Source of the DNA: Folioceros fuciformis
Taxonomy: Eukaryota
Direction: 5' to 3'
Length of the DNA: 58,510 bases
Assembly: GCA_049999805.1 (NCBI GenBank)
Contig: JBNGIO010006249.1
Coordinates: 137,079 to 195,588 of the forward strand
A model generated the notes under the pieces. The model was not told where the DNA came from. It worked only from the letters and a program-made list of their open reading frames with translations, and searched no databases. Shown one piece after another: positions 49,161 to 58,510 of this stretch. Positions within the stretch are counted from its first letter, which is position 1. Each line of letters opens with the position of its first letter. A program made the translations under genes and the position numbers.

Positions 49161-50533
49161 TTATGTGTGCGCAGCAGATTTGTACGCCTCTATGACGAAC
49201 AGGCCACCACGAAAGGGGATGAAATTGACATCGTAGAAAGCTGCTGCTGATAATAGACTAAGCCACTCGGACTTCGTACGCTCCTTGCCACTGGTATCAG
49301 CTAGCATCAGCATATCCCGTCGTAACGCTTCAAGAGCAGCTTCGGAATTCTGATCCCCGTACTCATCTGGGGAGGGCATCACGCTCTCCACCAACACCAG
49401 CTTCCCACCCTTCTCCGGCAAAGCCTTCCAGCAATTCTGCAAAATCTGGACGCACTCTTGGTCTCTCCAGTCGTGAAGGATTCACTGCGAGAAGGGCACC
49501 CAGGTTGGATGGAGGTTCAGTCGGGGGTCTGGGCAGCAGGAGGAGCTCGTTTCGTTGTTTTCAGTCTCAAGTTGAAGTGTTCTACGAGGTTACCTTCATG
49601 AAGATGGCATCTGCTTCAGAAACGTTGGCGAACATGTTTCCTCCGACGTGCGTGACACCTGATGCCTCGGCAGAGAAAAACTATGCAGTTAGAGGACGAA
49701 TCCATTCGACCGACTGTAGTATTTCAGCAGAGGGGGAAGTGCAGAATAGAATAAGTAATTTACCCACCGCGTATTGCTGGGGCTGTGGACGTCACGGTTG
49801 GCAAGTCGAAATTGATGCCTTTAATATGGGGGTTGTAGACGATTATCCTCTCTAACGCCTTGCCACTGCCACCGCCCACATCGGCAACCAGAGCCACCTC
49901 CTCGAACCCTTGGTACGTTTCCAGTAATGGATCCAAGGCGTAGGAGGTGTGAGACGACATGGCGTCATTGAAGATCCCACCGTGGTGCTCGTCCTCCTTG
50001 CAAATAGTCCACAGATTCTTCCCATCGTTTGCCACACGGAAGGGTTCTTTCGTACTGTCGAGGACTGCATCCTCGATAAAGGAGAACGGGGTGAACACCG
50101 TCAGGTGCATTTGCATTCGCACGAAAGGGTACAAAGAGTGGGGTGCAGTGGAGACCAATAGTTGGGACATGGGCGTAAGACCGTATCGGACGGCGGAAGT
50201 CCCATCCCCTACAACCCAACACATATGATGCGCGTCAGCTGTACGTACCACAATCTGCAGGACAGAGGAGCCAGGTAACCTCTTACCGTACTCAGCGCGG
50301 AATACTTTGTGGAACACTAGGAAGCGGAGAACACGAGCGATGTACCCGACGTTTGGAGAAGCAGCAGGCAGCTCTGCTGCAATCTCCTCAGCTGTAAGGG
50401 CAACATCCTCGCCGTGACGGGCAATGACGTCTGGAATCTTGAGGTTGACAACCCTACTGATGACTGTCGACGGCACGAAGCCATACACCAGACCCAAGAG
50501 AGCTTTCCTTGCTCCTGTACCTTGGTCTGCCAT
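49161..50533 (-). pseudogene. Class II O-methyltransferase copy C, 4 exons, with TGA at 49482-49484 and GDMF changed to GNMF
   Basis: Close paralog of copy B. Exon 4 begins TGA ATC CTT CAC GAC TGG where copy B has TGG ATC (W). Confidence 0.8.
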
Positions 50534-50559
50534 GCTCTAAGAACTGCTTCCGAGGGGGA

Positions 50560-51130
50560 AATCCCTCTACCAAATGACAGCTTCACAGGCCCGGAGATGG
50601 ACGGACTTGGAACGAAAGACAACCCCAAAAGAGAAGATAACTTTCCCTCCCCTCCGTACTGATTATTGTCAACCGCACAAAGCCATACAAGCAGTCAGTA
50701 CCACAACCACCTCTAACGTAACATGCCATTACCCAGGTACGGATTGCCAACCGGGAATCCCTCTCAGTAATAGAGGCTTCACAGCCAGCCTGAGAGATCG
50801 ACAGACTTGGAACCAAAAAGCAACCCCAAAAGACAACATGACTCTCCCTCCACTCCGTACTGATCCCTGCTGACGGCACAAAGCCATACACGTCCCAAAA
50901 GAGAGCCTGCCTTCCTTACTCCTCCTCTACCCAGGTCTGCCATTTTCCAAGTACCTGTTTGGTAAGCGGCAATCCCCCGAACCAATAACTGCTTCACAGC
51001 ATCGGAGACCTACGGACTGGGAACAAAAGACGACTCCGACTGCCTTCCCTCTTTCCTGTGCGGTGATCAAACAAAACGTAAGCTTCACTTGACAACTAGA
51101 CGGACTACCCACACATGGCTTAGCCTAGTG
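50560..51130 (-). repeat. About three tandem copies of the OMT upstream/5' segment, including a false start (MADLGRGGVRKA); a similar duplication lies at 47150-47470
   Basis: 'gagat.gac.gacttggaac.aaaga..accccaaaa' and 'cacaaagccatac' recur. Confidence 0.75.
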
Positions 51131-51148
51131 ATCGTGTAGTTCCAAGGT

Positions 51149-52176
51149 TCACTTCTCATCCTCAGCTCTCCCTGTTTCAATCCTTTCTTTCTGAGCGATG
51201 GACAAAAACGCAGCAGCAGCTTCCTTTAAGTCCTTTCCAAACAAGGCCTGTCCCCTCCCGACGTGCTCTCCCCTCCCAACATGCTCTACCCTCGCTCTCT
51301 GCTTCCGAGTAGCAGCAGCCACTCTTCCTACATGATGCACACGCTTCCTTTGATCTGCAAAAGAAAGAAGTGAAATCTCAGGCAGAGCTGACAAGGTCGA
51401 AGGCCAGAACAAGTACTTTCAGCAGCAACGCATCTGTTCACCTTCCGTCAAGTCCGGTATGCCATGCTCGATGAACCTGCCCGCTGCTTGCACATCGATA
51501 GAAGTCGTAGGGCAGGAAGGGGCTGCAAACATTCAGAACATCTCACTGCTATGTCAGAAAAGCTTTACCCAGCATCCCTTCCCTTCCCGAGAACCTGCAG
51601 AATGATAGCACTTTCAACAAGCAGGGACGCAAGAAAAACCAACCTGTGGATTTATAACTCGCCCTGTCAACCTTTTCAGCGTACAAATCCACTCTTTCCT
51701 GCCGAGCCACATACCATGGGATTCAGAGTCAGGGAGAGAGCGAGCCCAAAACCGAGCCAGCATCAAAGGAATGACACAACCTTCAACCCATAACAGGAGC
51801 TTCAAAGAGCTTACAATCTCAGACTTAGAGATGTGGGTGTCCGGGGAAATCCCCTTGGTCCTCAAATACACTGCATACGATAATACCTTGGCTTGACAGC
51901 TGACCTAATCGTGCTGTAAATGCAGGAGAAAGGAAGAACGGCATGCCATGACACTGAATTGCACCACAACATACAAGAGAAGAGACAGCCAGCTGTTTTC
52001 GAGAGCCGCAAGAAGGTGGTGGCCCGATCTACGGGATTGAGATGCTCCAACACGTCCTGTTTACACCTGGGAAGCACCGTTTCCAGCTCCCGCTCCAGGT
52101 CTTGGAGCGCACCCTCTACTTCAGCCAAATTCTGCAACACCGCAGACGGAAGAACTTCGTACGACATGGTGGACAA
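51149..52176 (-). CDS. C1D: Nuclear exosome cofactor C1D/Rrp47 (Sas10/Utp3/C1D family), multi-exon
   Basis: Spliced product contains LEHLNPVDRATTFLRLSKTAGCLFS|MYLRTKGISPDTHISKSEI|..|TTSIDVQAAGRFIEHGIPDLT|DQRK...AAAAFL. Confidence 0.85.
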
Positions 52177-53015
52177 ATTTTCACAACGAAAGAATCGGAT
52201 ACCGCGCCAGGATTCCCCGATCTAACTCTCTGATTTACATACGCTGCAGATGTACATTGGCTACAGGCCAATTCCACTTCTATTTCGAGCTTCCCGAAAC
52301 TTTCTGTGTCAATACCGGTAAGCCTCTGGCCGCTACAGTTAAGTAGCTTCCACTTAGGGCTCAAGGGATAAGGATTCTTCGCGACGTTTGGCAACCTCCT
52401 GGATCGTCGGAAGCAGAGCCACCATGGCGGCACCGAACTCCCTGATGCGACAATTCAGGCACGGACGCGAGGAGCATAACAAGGCCGCCATTCAACTGAT
52501 CCATGTCCGCGAAGCGTCTCTTGACATCACAAGCCCGAAAGAGCGCCAAGGCATTCACTGTCGAGCAGAAAGCACAGGGGCAGACTCTAGCAGATTTGCA
52601 AATCTCACCAAACTACAACAGTCCGGCTCCGCTGAATCCAGGAGTTGGAGCCGGGTAGTACAGACTTGCTGCACAAAGTGTCAAACAGGCTAGCAACTGC
52701 GAGGACGAAGGTCCGCAAGGCAGGAGCACGAAGAGGGAGCCCAGATGCAACCGGCAGATTGGGGCGAGCCCGTCCACTGAGCTACTAAGCACAACTTAGT
52801 TGCCTCGAATATATTTAGTACGTGCGCTCACCTTATGCCTTGAATCTTGTTGATGCTGACTGCTTCGTTGACACATTCTCTATTGTTAATCCGCCCGCCC
52901 GGACATGCATACTAGGATAGCCTAGTCTCGAGGTTTCGAGGATTCAGAGGTTGTGGGTGGTTGAGGGATTTTGGCAGTGCTAGGACTAGATAAGCTGAAA
53001 ATTGTAAGTCCTGAA

Positions 53016-55060
53016 CTAGTTACCGAGGCTGGAACTTCGACGGAGCCACTCTGTGTCGCCAATTTTGCCAGATCCAAACCTGCCCAAAGCTTTGCTCCCC
53101 GTCAGTTTTAGCAGAGAGAGTCTTCCCGAGGATCCTTTGCTCAGTGATCTGCCCTTCGCCTTGGCTTCTGGGCTGTCGCTCACTTTCTCTTTGGTAGAGG
53201 GTGTAGCAAGCACTAGCTGCCGGATGTTGCAGCGGCAAAAGGGGCAGGCAGGAGGGGGTGAATAGGGTATAGCAGGGTTTGGCTTGTTGTAGCAACACAG
53301 TGCCAGTGTGCAAGTTGCACACATCTGGTGCCCGCAATCTCTGACCTCTATGGTGCAAAACTGTTCAAAGCAGATGCAGCACAACTCCCGTGAGCCCAGC
53401 CCGCCGACCTGCAGTTTACTCAACATCCAATTGTCAGATTTGCGTGAACTGCAACTAGATTCTCTGACAAAAGAGTTTGCTGTTTTCATTTCGCTGATGT
53501 TGTAAGCCGTCCAACCAGTGGCGGCGCTTACACTTAGGCTTACATTCTTGCTGTCAGGCTCGCCCCCCACACCGTCACTCTCCCCGGCGGCTCCTGGAGA
53601 AGAGGCTGCATTGCGCTCTCTTTTGCTGTTGGCTTCAGCTAGTGCTTCTTCTAAGACGAGTTTAGCCTCTGGATCAAGCTCACTCATGAACTTCCAGGGC
53701 GACGGCCACACCAAGGGTTCTGCAACGTTGGGGTCCAGCAAAGCTGCGCACTCAAAGTGGCGATGTCTCATGGCTACTCCGTATGCAGTGAACCTGACAC
53801 CCACATTTGCAATAGTTCAGAGGATGTCTGTCGTACGATTAGTTTAGGAGAGTGCTAAACTCGTGAGCCATATCCATGATGTTGAAGGGGAAAAACATAC
53901 CCTGCTATATTCCGGTGTCGTCGGTCAGCACCCCACGCAAGCAACTCTGTCACGCATTGAAGAGAACCGCCATATGCAGCAAACTGCAGAGGTGTGCTCC
54001 CGTGTCCAGGCCTGATCACAAACAAACAGGTGTAAGCGCATGGACCAAAGTTCAATACACACAGCTATGATTCTGGAAATACCCTGTTGTTGCAGTCGAG
54101 GCTGAAACCAGCGCTCCATTTTCTAAAAGAAGGCGTAAGACATCAACATGACCAGCCCTCGCTGCTAAATGGAGAGGAGTAGTTCCATGGCCGTCTCTGA
54201 CATTCACAAACCTGACGAATCCCCTGACACCACAAGACAAGTACACAAGTTTAGCGGCCAGGTGAATAAAGGGAACGGGACTCCAGAGAGAAAATACAGC
54301 CACTAAGAATTACCATGAGTCCGCAACATGACCGGATTGAGCGGCAGACAAAATTTGCCTAACACAGTCGGTGTGGCCTCCTTTGGAAGCGTAATGCAGG
54401 CACGTTCGTGCATTTACAAACTCAAAGCCGAGTATCTGTAATTATCCGCTTACAGATGTCAGAAATCATCAACTGAAGGAACATAGCTCTTCCCCTTAGC
54501 GGAAATTCGGCTCCTCCGATCACGAGAAAACAAACTGCCGGCAAATACTTTTAAGTTCATCTTACATGGGCTCCGGATTCCACCAGAGGTCCAACACAGT
54601 CTCCGTGTCCATTTTGGCAGGCCAGCATCAAAGCAGTCTGTCGACACACACTGAATCTTAGGGAACTACAATAGAACAATGCACATGGTACAGCCTGGTA
54701 CTTGATGCCACAATAATCACCTTTCCATTATGCGTTACAGCGTTCGGTTCAGCTCCATTATGGAGGAGGAACTTCAGCACCTGTCATGACGCAGAAAACT
54801 GATAAGCTTGCGGCATTAGCCTCGCCATTAAGGAAGAGGAATCCCAAGAACGTAAGTCGTAAAGATAGTGGATATCACACCTCTGTCTGGCCATGAGAAG
54901 CAGCAACATGCAAAGGAGTGAGACGTTCATAGAATCTGGCCTTGTGCAACAACTTGGGATCCTCTCTTGACACCCTTTCCACAAGGCTCACATCACCCTC
55001 CCTCACTGCAGCAAATAATTGATCCCTTTGATGACTACCGCAACTAACGGTTTGTCCCAT
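53016..55060 (-). CDS. XB3/XBAT31-like ankyrin-repeat RING E3 ubiquitin ligase, multi-exon
   Basis: MGQ..SC N-terminus; ankyrin repeats (TPLHVAA, TALMLAC, TCLHYA, TPLHLAAR, STPLQFAA); AEPLVWPSPWKF; RING CCICFEQFCTIEVRDCGHQMCATCTLALCC..KP..PPACPFCR. Confidence 0.95.
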
Positions 55061-55319
55061 TCCAAAGATGAACCAGTGGGTAACGAATGGCTACTTCATT
55101 CTCAAGATTTGTAAGTGACACATCTGGCAGGAGAAAATTTCATCAGACCTGACACAAAGTCCTGACTTCTGCAAGCACGTTAGCACCCTTCTCCAACCAC
55201 ATACAGAACATCATTCACCGCAAGAGCATTCGAATCTACTTAGAATGCAACCCTGAAAAAGTGAAGTGCATCAAAGGAAACATGCCTGTCCTTCTTCGCG
55301 AAGTGCGGTGTGGTCTCTC

Positions 55320-56590
55320 TTATGGCGTCGTACCCTTTGACGTGGAGGCACGGGAACCCACCCTATTCAAAGAGGTGTCTTTCACGAAATAACCATACTC
55401 TATAAACCTTGGTGGATTCCTGATCAAAGAAGGAGGGCCAGGGGGCTTCCCTCTCGCCAAAGCAGCTGCCGCCGCTGCCTCCGCAGCTATCCTCCTTTCC
55501 TGTGAAGTAACCCAATGCTGACTATATTTTTTCCTGACTAGGTCGTAGGATGGATGTGTCTTCACCCCGTAATCCTTCAGGGTCCGACACTTGCACTGCA
55601 GAATATAGTCAATCATTTGCGCTCCAACACGCATCACAACAAGGCACTTGTAAAGAACTCCTGGCAAACACAACACAACACGACACAACCAATTCTTCAA
55701 CACAGAGGCTGGTTTGCGAAACCAAGCCAGTGAGTCTTCTATGCAATGCAAAGCCTGAAGCGCTTATTTTCCAGCTTCAATGCCTCCGCAATCTCAGCGC
55801 CTGATGCACAATCGTCTACCTCACGAAACAGGCGGGCAATCCTCACACACAAACACGATCCTCCAACCATAAGGCTTCCAATGTACGTTGCACACTCACC
55901 TTGGGAAATATATATCGTTCCCTTTCTGAACAGGGGTTTCCGCTACCACCCGCAAAATGGAGCAGCTGCTTCGAGGGCAATGCCAGTTTTCAGACACGTT
56001 AGGCACGGGTGCAGCAGTGTAAATAGCGCTGACAGCGAATGGCTGACAACAAAGCCGAAAAGACGACGACAACAACAACAAAGTTGTTGCACAAATTGTG
56101 AAAAGGCGACGCAAGCCTAGCAGAACACGAAAAACCTTCAAACACTCCAGGCAAAAGGCACGGTGGCAGTCCACAGCAGGGAAGCGGGACGCTCAACCTA
56201 GACACCAATCCAAGACCAAGAGCTCAGGCGAAAGCGAGACAAGCACACCAATGTCGGGCAGACAAGACAAAAATGCGCGCCGGAGGCTGGCTACATCTCA
56301 GGGAGCCGGGGAGAAAAGAGATCTGGAATGACAAAATGCGCGGAGACAAGACGTGGAGGAGGCGTGTCATGCGCGAATGCTGGTACGAGAGACGCAATTA
56401 CCAGAGCGACGTGCGTCCAGCGTGCGGAAGCGATCGACATCGATTTCCACCCGCTTGCGCGTGATTGATCCAGATGTAGAGCAGCCAAGCTCTCCGCCCT
56501 CTGGAGTCGCCCGCGAATACGTGAGAGAGATTCAGAGGCCTGTTGCCGCGGCGAAGAGCAACGTGGCCGTCGGTTTGACCTCTTCACGCT
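55320..56590 (-). CDS. Hypothetical multi-exon protein with a Cys-containing, possibly zinc-binding segment; start uncertain
   Basis: Splice-bounded segments DCHRAFCLECLK|PFAV...ENWHCPRSSC...|GVLYKCLVVM...YGYFVKD...; a decayed paralog at 47930-48540 preserves the same blocks. Confidence 0.5.
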
Positions 56591-56979
56591 TCACGGGCAA
56601 ATTGGGGGCCACACATGGTCCTCGCGTTCCCACTTGCCCTAAACTGTGTCGAACCAGGAAGGCCACTATTGGTCGTGTTTTTCTAGCGCTCACCGCGTAC
56701 GGCATTATTGGTGCAGAAACTGTCGTACCAGTCCTTGTGTTGGGTTATGTTGTCGACTAATGTTTGACATCTTCACTGCTTTTGTTTTTTAATCTTTTTT
56801 TTTTCCTTCTCCTACTCTTCTCCTTGTGCCCATCGATGTTTAGGATTCTTTTTGGTTGACTGCTTCTGGCATTTCAGAAGCAGACATACCTGGTAGGTGT
56901 TGTGTAGGTTTAGAGTTTTATGGAGGAGGAAAGAAACTTTTCCATCTTTTGTAGTCACCATGTTACATAAAGATCTTGG

Positions 56980-57045
56980 GAACAAACAAACAAACAAAGG
57001 AGGCAAGGAAGCAAGCAAGGAAGGAAGGAAAGAAGGAAGGAAGCA
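56980..57045. repeat. Compound microsatellite (aaac)n/(ggaa)n
   Basis: Directly visible in the sequence. Confidence 0.85.
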
Positions 57046-57314
57046 TTATTTTTGTGTCTTGTGGATGATATGTGTCTACATTAAGACATCCCTTGTTTTG
57101 CCCTTGAATTAGACCCAACATCTGAATGATAGTTCACTAAGAAGGATTGGAGTAAGAGTTTACCTTGATCCATCTTAGCATGCAACAACAAAGAGAGACA
57201 TATAGCAACTATGAATTTGATTAAAGAAGAGCCCATCTTTCCAAATACTTCAATTAGAGAACTTTTGTCTTCGAAATGTGTGTTTGTGATGAAGGCATGT
57301 GTGTGGGTGTTGGT

Positions 57315-57510
57315 CAAGATAGCTTTCAATTTTGTAGGTTATGAAGATAGCTTTCCATTACGTAGGTTATGAAGATAGCTAGCTTTCCATTCTGTAGGTT
57401 ATGAAGATAGCTAGCTTTCCATTCTGTAGGTTATGAAGATAGCTAGCTTTCCATTTGTAGGTTATGAAGATAGCTAGCCTTCCATTCTGTAGGTTATGAA
57501 GATAGATTTC
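57315..57510. repeat. Minisatellite, ~28-33 bp unit (tgtaggttatgaagatagctagctttccattc), about 6 copies
   Basis: Directly visible in the sequence. Confidence 0.92.
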
Positions 57511-58510
57511 AATGTGTTGGCTTCACCCACAACAACAACCCATACATCAAGATGATATTGAACTGTTAGTTAGGCAGGCAATGTTAGAACTTGAAGAAAT
57601 GTGTATCACATAACACTTGGAGAATCACATAGTTGTTTGTTGTGTCAAATAGCTCACAAGAGCTTGTTGTTATGTAATCAGGATGATCAACAAAATAAAG
57701 ATTTGATAATTCTTAGCATTTTTTTCCTTCTTTCCTTCAAGAGTGATTTTATGTTTGGCTCTCAATTTTAAGCACTAACCAAATGTTCTCACTTGATGTT
57801 GCCTCTTACGCATGGGGTTGTTGCTAATGTTGATCTTGATGAAGGGACTAACCTATTATTTGTTAGCCCAATCAAAAGGCTAATCAAGAATCAAGAGATG
57901 GCTGGACTAGCTTCAAAGCAAGCTGCCATTGCACGAGAAAGGATGTTGGAGCTTCAATATTACTTCAGCAAATTAAGTAAGAAATGTCATTCATTTCGTT
58001 AAGCTTCTTGCAACATACTTTATATTTGTAAAAGTTTTATTTAAACAATTTTTACGCACTTTGATTTTTTTTAATGTTATTATGTCGACTTATCTTTTGT
58101 AGTTATATGCTCGAAGGCGTATCATTCAGCAACTGAAATTCAAATGCAAAGAAATCGCACAGCTATTCGAGCAGCCACAATAGAGAAGAAGCAGTTGCAT
58201 TCTGCTTTGAACACACTTTTGGAGGCTGAACGATGTAGTTTTGGGCAAAGCGATCTCCAACGAATGATCGAAAGAGTGAAAGATCTTCGAAGATACTGTG
58301 ACGATCAGAAAAGCTTTGTGCATCACAAGCAAGCCCAGGTCGATTCCAAATGCATTTCAATTCGAATGATGTTATTTTTTTCAAATTAAAAAAAAATAAT
58401 GAAGCACAAAAATTTGTTAACGAAAATTCAACAGCTCGACAAGGCTTGCACGGATGCAAAATCAGCTGAATTGGATTTGAAAGGAATCGAGTCGGATAGA
58501 AATCCTATCC

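Noticed and set aside
52240-52800. Short ORFs between C1D and XBAT
   Set aside because: No recognisable product; likely UTR or promoter sequence
57315-57510. CRISPR-like regular repeat
   Set aside because: Units are head-to-tail with no unique spacers, there are no cas genes, and the context is eukaryotic; it is a minisatellite

Overview
This is eukaryotic nuclear DNA from a land plant with flagellated sperm. A hornwort-like non-seed plant is the best guess, from the very short (~80-110 nt) GT-AG introns, high gene density, ciliary genes and PLS-class PPRs with elongated L motifs. AT-richer, repeat-rich flanks (1-~4700 and ~56760-end) enclose a gene-dense island. In order, the island holds: a kinesin-12 gene with a ~4.9 kb exon; an unknown gene; GSA aminomutase; two PLS-E PPR genes separated by a decayed, intron-containing IS3-like DDE transposase gene; an intronless acylamino-acid-releasing enzyme; IFT43-like and DNAAF6/PIH1D3-like ciliary genes; PRIN2-like; CRY-DASH; a tandem array of class II O-methyltransferases (one intact, two with single TGA stops, plus fragments) with an AT-rich BAHD acyltransferase inside it; C1D; an XBAT/XB3 ankyrin-RING ligase; and an unknown Cys-containing gene with a decayed inverted copy. 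The best leads are the OMT+BAHD candidate metabolic cluster and the IS3EU-like transposase in a plant. All family calls come from recalled motifs, not database searches, and exon boundaries were read by eye.
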